Source of the DNA: an uncultured delta proteobacterium
GTDB lineage: Bacteria; Myxococcota; Myxococcia; Myxococcales; Myxococcaceae
Assembly (NCBI GenBank): GCA_963771175.1
Contig: CAVYSY010000040.1
Location: forward strand, 32,001-96,000
DNA length: 64,000 nt
Direction: 5' to 3'
This document shows, in pieces, positions 8,677 through 18,456 of the stretch. Under the pieces are notes generated by a model. That model made no database searches. It was given only the letters and a program-made list of their open reading frames with translations, and had not been told where the DNA came from. The position numbers and the translations under genes were made by a program. The stretch's first letter is position 1. The number at the start of each line of letters is the position of its first letter.

Positions 8677-10173
8677 TCAGGGGGTGCCGGCCGCGGCGGG
8701 CATGCCCTCCATCAGGTCCTCGAGGGCCAGGGGCAGCCCGTTGATGGCGGACTTCTCCACCTCGAGCACCTCGTCGGACGCGCCGCGTGCCCACAGGCGG
8801 TTGGAGTTGTTCTTCACCTCGTTGCCAATCCACAGCCGGGCCACCTCCTTGCCGTCGGCGCCCAGCAGCGACACGCCGCGCGAGGCGTCTCCGATGCCGT
8901 ACTTGCTCCAGCTCTTCGGGCGGACCTCGGTGACGGCCACGCCCTTGAGCTTCTCCAGCGAGCCCAGCAGCGAGGCCACCTTGAACTCCTTGGCCTTGCC
9001 AGGCATGGGCGACACCACCTCCCACTTGCCCGAGTCCAGGGTCTTCGCCAGCTTGATGGCCAGCTCGCCACCACCCGGGCGGACGATGAGCTCGTGGACC
9101 TGATCGGTCTCGAACGCGAGCGCCTTCTTGTCCTTCAGGTTCGGGACGTCCAGATCCAGGACATTGAGGGTGTTGGGGTCCACCCCGGCGAGCATGGAGT
9201 CCGCGCCCCACTCGCTCAGCGCGTAGACCTGCTTGTTGCCGTCCACCTGCACCTCGGCGATGCGCACGCGCACCGGCTCGCCGAGGTTGGGGACGAAGCG
9301 TGCGTCCACCTGGGGCTTCTCCAGGGCCGCGCGTATCTGGGCCTCCCGCTCCTGCGGAGGGAAGGAGATGGCGGGGTAGGCCACCAGCGACGACATCATG
9401 TCCGACACCCGCTGGGAGTCCGCGCGCAGCTCCACCGGCCGCGTGAGCTTCCACGGCTTGTCCGTGGTGGTGCGCTCCAGGGTGTAGGTGTTCTTGCGCG
9501 CCTTCACCTCGATGCGCAGGAGCGTGGGCTCCTTCATGGGGAACACCTTGTGGTCGCGCCAGTCCACGGTGTGCTTCTCCAGCGCATAGCGGAGCGCGCC
9601 GTCGGCGGTGTACACGCGCGAGTCGCCCTCGCGGCGCAGGTACACCGAGCCGTCGAAGGGGTTCTCCACGCCGCTGTGGAACGTCAGCGTGCGCTGGCGC
9701 GCCGGGTCCTCCGCTCCACCGCCTTGCGCGTCCGGCACGTACGCCTTGGCCGTCACGGTGGCCCGGGGTGGCTTGAGCCCGTAGCGCTCCAGGTCCGCGT
9801 CGGTGGGGTTCTCCTCCACGGTGCTCTTGAACTTCGCGATCGCGAGCTGGTTGACGAGGCCCTCCACCAGTCTCTTGTCCGCCCGCGCCGCCATCGGCGA
9901 CGTGACGCGCCAGATGCCGTTCTGGAGCTCCATCACCGTCTTCGACTGGCGGACCTCCACGGAGAGGGAGGTGAAGACGGGAGCTGGGGGCCCACCGCCG
10001 TCGGTGCCGCGCTCACCGGGGGCCTGGGTGGCGAAGAGCGTCTCCTCCACTTCCTTGCGCTGGGCCTCCTTCTCCTCCGGCTTCATCACGCCGAGGTACG
10101 CGTAGAGACCGAGCCCGCCAGCGACCAGGGCGGCGAGCAGCAACGTGACGAGGTTCTTCTGCTTGGCGTTCAC
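8677..10173 (-). CDS. DUF4340-like membrane-anchored protein of a Gld-type ABC operon
   Basis: N-terminal TM; repeated W..T.P...AD and YGL..P segments; GTGA overlap with the GldG-like gene. Confidence 0.75.
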   Translation of the reverse strand: MNAKQKNLVTLLLAALVAGGLGLYAYLGVMKPEEKEAQRKEVEETLFATQAPGERGTDGGGPPAPVFTSLSVEVRQSKTVMELQNGIWRVTSPMAARADKRLVEGLVNQLAIAKFKSTVEENPTDADLERYGLKPPRATVTAKAYVPDAQGGGAEDPARQRTLTFHSGVENPFDGSVYLRREGDSRVYTADGALRYALEKHTVDWRDHKVFPMKEPTLLRIEVKARKNTYTLERTTTDKPWKLTRPVELRADSQRVSDMMSSLVAYPAISFPPQEREAQIRAALEKPQVDARFVPNLGEPVRVRIAEVQVDGNKQVYALSEWGADSMLAGVDPNTLNVLDLDVPNLKDKKALAFETDQVHELIVRPGGGELAIKLAKTLDSGKWEVVSPMPGKAKEFKVASLLGSLEKLKGVAVTEVRPKSWSKYGIGDASRGVSLLGADGKEVARLWIGNEVKNNSNRLWARGASDEVLEVEKSAINGLPLALEDLMEGMPAAAGTP

Positions 10174-11756
10174 TTGTTGCGCCTCGAGAGCCAGATGGCC
10201 AGCCCCACGCCGAGCAGCGTCAGGGGCAGGACGTCGGTGGACACGAAACGGATGCGGCTGAGCATCGCCGCATCCAGTTGGAGGGTGGAGGCCGCGCGGT
10301 CGGGCGGTCGGATGGTGATCTTGTCCACCTGCTGGGTGGCCCAGCCGAGCGCGTTCATCACCAGGTTGCGGTTGCCCTCGTGGCCCCAGTTGGAGTCCAG
10401 GATGAGCTCCGAGTCGCCCACCACCACCAACCGCGCCTCGTCGAAGCGCTTGTCTGGCGCGGTCGAGGTGTTGCGCGTGCTGGCGGACACCAGGGTGAGC
10501 TGACCGGCCTTCTCTCCCTGGGTGGGCGTCGGCTTGTCATCGGGCGTGGACTCCACCCATCCGAAGGGCGAGGTGAGGAGCACGGGCTCCACCTTCACGC
10601 CCTCGGGCAGACCGGTGCTCAGCAGGGCGAGGCTGCGCGCGGTGGGCAGCTCGATGTTGAGCTGTCGCTGGCGCAGGGGCCGGGCGATCTCATGGTTGCC
10701 GTAGAAGATGGAGAGGACGACGTAGGGGCTGCCGCTGTTGAACTGCGCGTCGGCGACCACGCCCTTGTCGAGCTCCACGCCGTACTCGGCGAGCAGCTTC
10801 GACAGCTCGGGGCCCGGCTCACCATAGGCCTCGGCGAAGTAGAGCACCCGGCCGCCGGCGCCCAGGTACTTGCGCAGCGACTCCACCTCGGGCGGGGTGA
10901 AGGGCGCCTTGGCCCCGGCGATGAGCACCAGCGCGGCATCCCTCGGCACCGTGGTGCCACCGGCCAGGTTGAGCTCCCGGGTCGTGTACCCCTCCTGGGC
11001 GAGCTGCTGCTTGAGTTCGGAGAGGCTGGTGATGCGCTGGTTTCGCTGGCCCGGCGTGGGCATTACGGGCTCCAGCGGCCACTCGCCGTGGCCCACCACG
11101 ACGTACACCTTCTGCTCGCTCACCTTCGTCAGCTTGATGAGGGCGTTGGTGAGCTCCTGCTCGCTGATGGTGTTGAGCGCGGTGTGCGACTCGGTGGAGC
11201 CCTCTCCGCGCACCAGCACCACCGTCGTCTGGCCCTCGCGGAGCTTGTACTTCGTGGCCAGGTCCGGGTGGCGGCGCGGATCCTTGAACGAGTACTCGAA
11301 CATGTCCGGCGCCTCGCGCTGGTAGCGCGCGAGCGACTCCTGCAGCGCTTCGTAGGCGGGGTGGTCGGGCGGGACGAAGCCGATGGCCCGCACCTTCTCC
11401 TTGAGGCCCTGGAGCGTGGTCAGCGTCTGGGGAGAGAGCGTGAAGACCTTCCGCTCGGTCAGGTCCCAGCGCTGGTTCTTCTTGTGGACGATATAGTTGA
11501 TGGCCACCAGCGCGCCGAGCGTCACCAGCACCATCAGCGCCGTGCTGGCGAAGAAGAAGCTGGAGCGCCGCGAGGCGAACTGACCGAACTGCTTGAAGTT
11601 GGTGGCGAAGTAGAGCCCCAGCAGCACCGCACCGGCCACGGCCTTGGTGGCGGTGAGGGCCAGGGAGCCCGAGGTGAGGAAGAGGGTGAAGGGGCTGGAG
11701 AGCAGCAGGAGCAGCCCGAACGCACCCAGGATCTTGCCGATGTTGGCCGCTTTCAT
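10170..11756 (-). CDS. GldG-like ABC auxiliary protein
   Basis: RWDLTERKVFTLSPQT, VVGHGE, RLVVVGDSE, N..LVMNALGW and a C-terminal TM. Confidence 0.85.
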   Translation of the reverse strand: MKAANIGKILGAFGLLLLLSSPFTLFLTSGSLALTATKAVAGAVLLGLYFATNFKQFGQFASRRSSFFFASTALMVLVTLGALVAINYIVHKKNQRWDLTERKVFTLSPQTLTTLQGLKEKVRAIGFVPPDHPAYEALQESLARYQREAPDMFEYSFKDPRRHPDLATKYKLREGQTTVVLVRGEGSTESHTALNTISEQELTNALIKLTKVSEQKVYVVVGHGEWPLEPVMPTPGQRNQRITSLSELKQQLAQEGYTTRELNLAGGTTVPRDAALVLIAGAKAPFTPPEVESLRKYLGAGGRVLYFAEAYGEPGPELSKLLAEYGVELDKGVVADAQFNSGSPYVVLSIFYGNHEIARPLRQRQLNIELPTARSLALLSTGLPEGVKVEPVLLTSPFGWVESTPDDKPTPTQGEKAGQLTLVSASTRNTSTAPDKRFDEARLVVVGDSELILDSNWGHEGNRNLVMNALGWATQQVDKITIRPPDRAASTLQLDAAMLSRIRFVSTDVLPLTLLGVGLAIWLSRRNK

Positions 11757-11778
11757 GGGCATCCTCGAGGCAGGCACG

Positions 11779-12573
11779 TCATGTCCAGCGCTGCGCTTCC
11801 ACCGTGCGGTGGCTGAGCAGCAGGGAGAAGAAGATGACGGACACGAAGAAGACGAGCGCCTTCAGGTCCAGCACGCCGCGCAGCATCCCTTGGAGCTGCG
11901 CGTCGAAGGAGATGGCGTTGATGAAGGAGCGCACCGGCTCCTCGGTCGCCTGCCCCAGCCCGCGCAGCATCGTCCACGGCAGCAGCACCGCGAAGGTGAG
12001 CAGGGCGGCCACCATCTGACTCTCCGTCAGCGCGGAGATGAACATGCCGATGGCCATGCAGGTGGCGCCCCACAGCAGCAGCCCTCCGTAGCCCAGCAGC
12101 ACCGTGGTCCACTCCAGCGCGCTGCCGGACTCGCCCTGGCCGAAGATGGACACGAGCATCGGGAAGAGGATGGTGAGCCCCAGGGTGGCGGTGATGACGC
12201 CCAGCCCGCCCAGGTACTTGCCCAGCACGATGTCGAGCGGCCGGATCGGCGCGGTCATCAGCAGCTCGAACGTCTTGTTGCGCTTCTCCTCGGCGAACAG
12301 CCGCATGGAGAGGAAGGGCGCCACGAAGAGCGTGATGATCATCACCGTGCTCCAGAAGGGCACGATCACGCCATCGGTGAGATTGCGGTACTGCGACGGG
12401 GTGTTGCCCCAGCCGTACGTGCGCGCCATCTCCTGGGCGCGCTGGAAGTCGTAGAGCAGGCCGACGAAGAAGAACGACGCGAGGGTCAGCATGGCCGTGA
12501 AGACCACGTAGGCCCACGGCGTGGTGAAGTAGATGGACAGTTCCTTGCGAGCGATCGCCAGCGCGGTGCGCAT
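11779..12573 (-). CDS. ABC-2 permease, GldF-like
   Basis: IARKELSIYFTTPWAY; LSMRLFAEEKRNKTFELLMTAP; six hydrophobic segments. Confidence 0.9.
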   Translation of the reverse strand: MRTALAIARKELSIYFTTPWAYVVFTAMLTLASFFFVGLLYDFQRAQEMARTYGWGNTPSQYRNLTDGVIVPFWSTVMIITLFVAPFLSMRLFAEEKRNKTFELLMTAPIRPLDIVLGKYLGGLGVITATLGLTILFPMLVSIFGQGESGSALEWTTVLLGYGGLLLWGATCMAIGMFISALTESQMVAALLTFAVLLPWTMLRGLGQATEEPVRSFINAISFDAQLQGMLRGVLDLKALVFFVSVIFFSLLLSHRTVEAQRWT

Positions 12574-12610
12574 GGGTCCTCCGAAACCGGGAAGGGGGGA
12601 TGCGCGGGTC

Positions 12611-13342
12611 CTAGGCCGCGGTCAGCTTGATGAAGATCTCTTCCAGCGAGACGTTGTCCGCCTTGCCGCCGTGCACGCGCGTCAGCTTGCGGAGGTCGTC
12701 GTGGGCCACCACCCGGCCCTGGTTGAGGATGAGGACCTTCTCGCAGGTCATCGTTACCTCGGGGAGGATGTGGGTGGAGAGGATGACGGTGTGCTTGCCC
12801 GCCAGGCTCTTGATGAGGCCGCGCACCTCGGCGCGTTGGGTGGGATCCAACCCCTCGGTGGGCTCGTCGAGGATGAGCACGGGCGGGGCGCCGAGCAGCG
12901 CCTGGGCGATGCCGACGCGCTGCTTGTAGCCCTTGGACAGGTTCTGGATGACGCGGCCCAGCACGTCGGACAGGCCGGTGAGGCCGGCGACCCGCTCCAC
13001 CTCGGCGCGCACGCTACGTCCGGGCAGCCCCTTGAGCGAGGCCACGAACTTCAGGTAGCCCACGACCGTCATCTCCGGGTACAGCGGCGGCGTCTCGGGC
13101 AGGTAGCCGATGCGCCGTTTGACTTCCAACGGCTGCTCGAAGACGTCGAAGCCCGCCACCCTGGCCGTGCCCTCGGAGGGGGGCAGGAACCCGGTGAGGA
13201 TCTTCATCGTGGTGGACTTGCCCGCTCCATTGGGGCCGAGGAAGCCGAGAATCTGTCCCTCGGCGACCGAGAAGTTCAGGTGATCCACCGCGACCCGTTC
13301 ACGGTATCGCTTGGTGAGGTTCTGGACCTCGATCATCGACAT
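12611..13342 (-). CDS. ABC ATP-binding protein, GldA-like
   Basis: GPNGAGKST, LSKGYKQRVG, ILDEPT and LSTH. Confidence 0.95.
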   Translation of the reverse strand: MSMIEVQNLTKRYRERVAVDHLNFSVAEGQILGFLGPNGAGKSTTMKILTGFLPPSEGTARVAGFDVFEQPLEVKRRIGYLPETPPLYPEMTVVGYLKFVASLKGLPGRSVRAEVERVAGLTGLSDVLGRVIQNLSKGYKQRVGIAQALLGAPPVLILDEPTEGLDPTQRAEVRGLIKSLAGKHTVILSTHILPEVTMTCEKVLILNQGRVVAHDDLRKLTRVHGGKADNVSLEEIFIKLTAA

Positions 13343-13378
13343 GGGAAGGCTCCGGGGGGAGGCACTCGAGCAGCGGCC

Positions 13379-13406
13379 GATATAAAAGCCGATTTCGACC
13401 TGTCAA
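13379..13406 (-). promoter_or_regulatory. Sigma70-like promoter for the ABC operon
   Basis: Minus strand TTGACA-16 nt-TATATC about 36 nt upstream of ATG 13342. Confidence 0.45.
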
Positions 13407-13550
13407 GGCAGGCAGGCGGGTATCGGAATCCCTGGGGGCGGTGCTGGCGAGCCTTGTGCATGGCGTGCTTTCAGTGTGTCAGGGCGGACACGCCCGGCAG
13501 GGTAGCTTGTGCCCCTCGCCGGGCCCTAGGAACAACGCAGCGGGTGCTTT

Positions 13551-14750
13551 ATGCCGATTGTGGTGCAGAAGTACGGCGGCTCATCGGTCGCCGATGTGGA
13601 GAAGATCCGCAAGGTCGCACTCCGAGTGAAGTCGACGCGCGACCGGGGCTACCAGGTGGTGGTGGTGGTGTCGGCGATGGGGGACACCACGGACGAGCTG
13701 CTCGCCCTGGCGAAGAAGGTGTCGCCGGACCCGGCGCGGCGCGAGCTGGACATGCTGCTCACGTGTGGCGAGCGCATCTCGATGGCACTGCTCTCCATGG
13801 CGCTGCAGGAGATGGGGGTGCCGGCCATCAGCTTCACGGGGAGCCAGAGCGGCATCATCACCAACGACGCGCACTCGCAGGCGCGCATCGTGGAGGTGCG
13901 GCCGTACCGCATCCAGGACGAGCTGACGGCGGGCAAGGTGGTCATCGTCGCGGGCTACCAGGGCGTCTCCTACAAGAAGGAGGTGACGACGCTGGGGCGA
14001 GGGGGCTCGGACACGACGGCGGTGGCGCTGGCGGCGGCGCTGAATGCCGAGTCGTGTGAAATCTACTCGGACGTGGACGGGGTGTTCAGCGCGGATCCGC
14101 GGGTGGTGCCGGACGCGCGCAAGCTGGAGGCGCTCTCGTACGACGAGATGCAGGAGCTGGCGAGCGCGGGAGCGAAGGTGCTGAACGCGCAGGCGGTGGA
14201 GTTCGCGAAGGCGAAGGGCATCGTCATCCTGGCGCGCACGTCGCACGGGCAGGGGAGTGGGACGGCGGTGCAGGAGTACGTGGCGCCGGCGGACACGCGG
14301 GTGAAGGGGGTGACGGCGGAGGCGGAGATGGCGGTGCTGTCGGCGGCGGGGGAGACGGTGCGGGTGCCGGAGCTGCTGGAGTTCCTGGACGCGCGAGGGG
14401 TGCGCGGGAGGGCGCTGGCCTTCGATGGGCTGCTGGGGCGCGAGGGGCGGGCCTTCATCGCGGTGCCGCTGCAGGACGTGCACGGGCTGGAGGCGCTGAA
14501 GCGGGACGTGGCGGCGCGCTTCGGGGAGGAGGTGGTGCTGCGGGAGGAGGTGGGGACGGTGACGGCGGTGGGGGCGGGGCTGAACGCGGACTGGAGCTAC
14601 CTGCGGCGGGCGCTGGGCGTGGCGGAGGAGCTGGGGGCGAAGGTGCACGCGGTGCTCACCTCGCCGCTGCAGCTCACGTTGCTGGTGGACAAGACGCACC
14701 TGAAGCCCCTCACGGCCCGGTTGCATCGCGAGTTCCTCGGCGCTGGCTAG
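13551..14750 (+). CDS. lysC: Aspartate kinase
   Basis: [30 protein letters not shown] and [12 protein letters not shown]. Confidence 0.95.
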   Translation: MPIVVQKYGGSSVADVEKIRKVALRVKSTRDRGYQVVVVVSAMGDTTDELLALAKKVSPDPARRELDMLLTCGERISMALLSMALQEMGVPAISFTGSQSGIITNDAHSQARIVEVRPYRIQDELTAGKVVIVAGYQGVSYKKEVTTLGRGGSDTTAVALAAALNAESCEIYSDVDGVFSADPRVVPDARKLEALSYDEMQELASAGAKVLNAQAVEFAKAKGIVILARTSHGQGSGTAVQEYVAPADTRVKGVTAEAEMAVLSAAGETVRVPELLEFLDARGVRGRALAFDGLLGREGRAFIAVPLQDVHGLEALKRDVAARFGEEVVLREEVGTVTAVGAGLNADWSYLRRALGVAEELGAKVHAVLTSPLQLTLLVDKTHLKPLTARLHREFLGAG

Positions 14751-14856
14751 GCCCCTCCAACCCCCATGTGTCCGCGGTCCCACCCGATGTGCGGTGGAGC
14801 ACTTCCCTGGCCGAGTCTCGTGCTTACCCTCGCGGTCCGGGGAGGTGGCGGCAGGA

Positions 14857-17382
14857 ATGGGAAAGGGTGGTCGGGCCATCGGAGTGCAGGTTGCCGTACT
14901 GTGCCTCCTGAGCCTGGGGGGAGGGTGTGAGGATTCCCCACCGGGTGAGGACGGCCCGGATGGGGGCAGGCGTGACAACCCGCCGCTCCAGCGCCCGGAC
15001 GGCGGGCAACCCGACATCGTGGACGGTGGCTCGACGGAGTTCCCGGACGGCGGGACGGCGCCGCCGCACGACTCCCAGGCCATCCGCAAGGAGAACGCGC
15101 GCCCGGGGACGGAGGCGTGGCGCATCACCCGGCGGGCGGCCAACAACAACGAGATTGAGGGCTACGCGCTCGTCTCCACGGTGAAGCGGGGCGAGCGGGT
15201 CCCCATCGCGGTGTCCGTGACGGGAGCGCCGCGCAAGTTCACCTGGGAGGTGTACCGGCTCGGCTACTACGGTGGTACGGGCGGGCGCGAGGTGGCGCGC
15301 GGAGGCCCGTTGCAGGCGGTGCCCCAGGCGCCGTGCCCGCCGCAGCGCCCCACGGGCCTCATCGCCTGCGAGTGGACGCCGACCCTGGAGCTCCAGACGG
15401 ACGCGCGCTGGGTGCGCGGGGTGTACCTGGTGAAGCTGGTGCGCGAGGACGGCTACCAGCACTACGTACCGTTCTTCGTGAGGGATTCGCTGCCGCGCTC
15501 GGAGGTGACGGTGATCATCCCGACCGGCACGTGGGCGGCCTACAACACCTGGGGCGGCACGAGCCTCTACGACGACAAGTTCCGCATCACCGGGAAGGGG
15601 CGCGCCTTCCAGTCCTCGTTCGATCGGCCCTACGTCCGTGGCTACGGCTCGGGGCACCTGCTGGACGACGAGCAGGGGCTCATCATGTGGCTGGAGGCGC
15701 AGGGGCTGGACGTGGCCTACGTGCCCAACGAGGAGCTGGACCGCAGCGGGGACGCGCTGCGCGAGGCGAAGGTGTTCGTGCTCTCCGGGCATGACGAGTA
15801 CTGGTCGCGCACGCTGCGAGACCGGGCGGACAAGGCATTGGCCGAGGGCCGTTCGATCATCAACCTCGGTGCGAACCAGGCCTACTGGCAGGTACGGCTC
15901 GAGCCGGCGAAGGACGGTCGGCCGCGGCGCATCGTCACCTGCTACAAGGGCGACGCGGAGGATCCCGCGGGGCTGAGGAGTCCGGACCGCACGGCGAAGT
16001 TCCGGGACCTGGCCACGCCGCGCCCGGAGAACGCGCTGCTGGGGGTGATGTTCTCCAGCCGGTGGCACCAGTTCGCCTTCCCGACGGTGATCTCCAACGC
16101 GAGCCACTGGGCCTTCGAGGGGACGGGGCTGAGGAACGGGGACTTGCTGTGGCGGGCCAATGGCTACGAGCAGGATCAGGTGGTGGACAACGGCCAGTCT
16201 CCGGCGGGGCTGGAGGTGCTGGCCGAGTCGCCCGCGCTGTCCCTGCAGGGGGCATTTGGCTTCGGGCAGATGGCGGTGTTCCGCAAGGGGAACGCGTGGG
16301 TGTTCTCGGCGGGGGGCGTGGACTTCGTGCACACGCTGGGGACGAGCGAGGTGGCGGATCCGCGCGCGGCGCGGCTGGTGGCCAACGTCCTCTACCGCGC
16401 GCTGGGGAGGCCGGTGCCGAAGGAGCTGGTGGTGCTGCCGACGACGCCGTTGCCGAGGGCGCGAGGCCCGTTCGCGGCCGACGTGCGGACGGTGGCCGGT
16501 CAGCCGAGGAGGCGCGGGGACCAGGACGGTGCATCGGGCGAGGGGCTGCTGGCCGCGCCGGTGGCGGTGGCGGTGCTGCCCGATGGGAGCTGGGCGGTGG
16601 CGGACGCGCTGGCCAACAAGGTGAAGCGGGTGACGCCGGACGGGCGCATCTCGACGCTCTCTCGGGTGCGGCTCAACGGCCCGATGGGGATCGCCGCGGA
16701 CGCATTGGGGAACGTGTACGTGTCCGACTCGGACAACTACTGCATCCGCCGCATCGCGCCGGATGGGACGACGACGGTATTCGCTGGCGCGGTGCTGGAG
16801 CCGGGGCTGGTGGACGGGCCCGCGGCGCAGGCTCGCTTCAACCAGCCGGCGGGGTTGCACATCACGCCCCAGGGCGAGCTGCTGGTGGCGGACCTGGGCA
16901 ACGGCATCATCCGGCGCATCGACCTGCTGACTCCGGACAACCCGGTGACGACGCTGCCGTCGAACCAGTGGCTGTACCGACCCTCGGCGGTGGCGGCGGC
17001 GCCGGACGGGACGGTGTACATCGTGGAGACGGGGATGTCGCGCGTGGTGGCGCTGCGCAACGGCACGGTGAGCGTGGTGGCCGGAGCGCCGCCGGGCGGC
17101 TTCGCGGACGGGGCGCCGGAGAGTGCGCGGATGCTGCCGTACCTGGGCATCGCGGTGCTGCCGGACGGGAGCGTGGCGGTGTCGGATCCGGGCAACTACC
17201 GGGTGCGGCGCATCTCGTCGCGGGGGGTGTCCACGCTGGCGGGCTCGGGCCGCTTCGGGGCGCACAATGGGCCAGGGGACGATGCGGAGCTCGTGCTGCC
17301 AGCGGGTCTCGCGGTGGGCCCGGACGGGACGCTGTACGTGGCGGACTCGGGCAACGCGCTGATTCGCGCCATCGTGCCGTGA
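14857..17382 (+). CDS. Probable lipoprotein with an N,N-dimethylformamidase beta-subunit-like domain and C-terminal NHL repeats
   Basis: Hydrophobic leader ending GGGC; IEGYA, RLGYYGG, TWAAYNTWGGTSLY and SGHDEYWS; NHL-like P.G.A....G..YVAD..N..IR repeats. Confidence 0.75.
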   Translation: MGKGGRAIGVQVAVLCLLSLGGGCEDSPPGEDGPDGGRRDNPPLQRPDGGQPDIVDGGSTEFPDGGTAPPHDSQAIRKENARPGTEAWRITRRAANNNEIEGYALVSTVKRGERVPIAVSVTGAPRKFTWEVYRLGYYGGTGGREVARGGPLQAVPQAPCPPQRPTGLIACEWTPTLELQTDARWVRGVYLVKLVREDGYQHYVPFFVRDSLPRSEVTVIIPTGTWAAYNTWGGTSLYDDKFRITGKGRAFQSSFDRPYVRGYGSGHLLDDEQGLIMWLEAQGLDVAYVPNEELDRSGDALREAKVFVLSGHDEYWSRTLRDRADKALAEGRSIINLGANQAYWQVRLEPAKDGRPRRIVTCYKGDAEDPAGLRSPDRTAKFRDLATPRPENALLGVMFSSRWHQFAFPTVISNASHWAFEGTGLRNGDLLWRANGYEQDQVVDNGQSPAGLEVLAESPALSLQGAFGFGQMAVFRKGNAWVFSAGGVDFVHTLGTSEVADPRAARLVANVLYRALGRPVPKELVVLPTTPLPRARGPFAADVRTVAGQPRRRGDQDGASGEGLLAAPVAVAVLPDGSWAVADALANKVKRVTPDGRISTLSRVRLNGPMGIAADALGNVYVSDSDNYCIRRIAPDGTTTVFAGAVLEPGLVDGPAAQARFNQPAGLHITPQGELLVADLGNGIIRRIDLLTPDNPVTTLPSNQWLYRPSAVAAAPDGTVYIVETGMSRVVALRNGTVSVVAGAPPGGFADGAPESARMLPYLGIAVLPDGSVAVSDPGNYRVRRISSRGVSTLAGSGRFGAHNGPGDDAELVLPAGLAVGPDGTLYVADSGNALIRAIVP

Positions 17383-17435
17383 GCTGAGCCAGTCAGCCCG
17401 GCCGCGGATTCACCAGAGTGTTCCACGCCTGAAGG

Positions 17436-18386
17436 TCAGCGCCCCAGGCCGCGCGTCCCGCCCGGTGGCGGACCCTGCCGGGGCTCCAACTCCTGCCGCA
17501 TGCGCCGCTGATCCGGCGTCGTCTCCTTGGGGAATTCCACGAAGTTGCACATCTCGCACAGACGGCTGTAGATGCGCTCGCCCACGCGCTCGCGCAGCAG
17601 CTCCACCTCGCGCGCGGCGTTCTTCGCGTCCTCCGTGGTGCGGTAGCCGCTCGGAGCGGCGGTGCGCGCGCCCCGGCGCTCCGGCTCCAGCGAGTAGTTC
17701 GTCGCGAAGAGCGTCGTGCGCGCCGCGTTGTAGCGCCGGGCGATCAGCTCATCGAGCGTCTCCATCTCGAACTGGCTGCCGCGCCCCTTGCCCAGCTCGT
17801 CGATGGCCAGGACCTCGACCTCCGACAGCGGGCCGATGATCTCCCCGCCGCTCTTGCCCTCCTGGAAGCCGCGCCGGATGGTGGCGTAGAGCAGGGAGAT
17901 CTCCACGTACCGGGCCTCCAGCCCCACCTCGAGCACCAGGTGCTTGAGCGTGGCCGTCAGCAGGTGCGTCTTCCCCGTGCCCACCGGGCCGCTCAGGATG
18001 AAGCCCTTGTTCACCCCGGCCTTGTCGTAGTGGTGGGCGAAGTGCATCGCCAGGCCGCGTGCCCGATCCTGCGCCTCGTTGAAGGCCCGGTAGTTCTCGA
18101 AGGAGGTGTGCGCCATCACTCCGGGCAGCCCCACCTCGTTGAAGTGCTCGATCCGCTTCGCCCGCCGCTGGCACACGCAGGGCACGAGCACATCGTAGCG
18201 CTTGGGGCCCACCTTCGCGCTGAAGGTCTCCTCGCGCGTCTCGTAGGCGTACCCGCGCCCGTCACACAGGGTGCACCGGGCCGAGCACGTGCACACCCGC
18301 GCGTGCGCCCGATCTCCACGCCGCTCGATGAGGTACGTCCGCCCCCCACACTCGCCACACACCTCGCCGCTCGCCTTCGTGACCAT
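17436..18386 (-). CDS. DnaC/IstB-family AAA+ ATPase with an N-terminal Cys-rich zinc-binding region
   Basis: GPVGTGKT, LAIDELG, ATNY and GERIYSRL; CGEC, CTC, CTLC and CVC clusters. Confidence 0.88.
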   Translation of the reverse strand: MVTKASGEVCGECGGRTYLIERRGDRAHARVCTCSARCTLCDGRGYAYETREETFSAKVGPKRYDVLVPCVCQRRAKRIEHFNEVGLPGVMAHTSFENYRAFNEAQDRARGLAMHFAHHYDKAGVNKGFILSGPVGTGKTHLLTATLKHLVLEVGLEARYVEISLLYATIRRGFQEGKSGGEIIGPLSEVEVLAIDELGKGRGSQFEMETLDELIARRYNAARTTLFATNYSLEPERRGARTAAPSGYRTTEDAKNAAREVELLRERVGERIYSRLCEMCNFVEFPKETTPDQRRMRQELEPRQGPPPGGTRGLGR

Positions 18387-18456
18387 GTCCGAGGGCCATA
18401 GCAGAGCCCCCTGACCCTCGTCAGCCTGCTACACGGGCGTTCAGATACTCTTCCCT

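Noticed and set aside
17436..18386. IS21 element (IstB)
   Set aside because: There is no IstA DDE transposase or terminal inverted repeat, and the Cys-rich N-terminus fits DnaC/DnaI-type loaders better.
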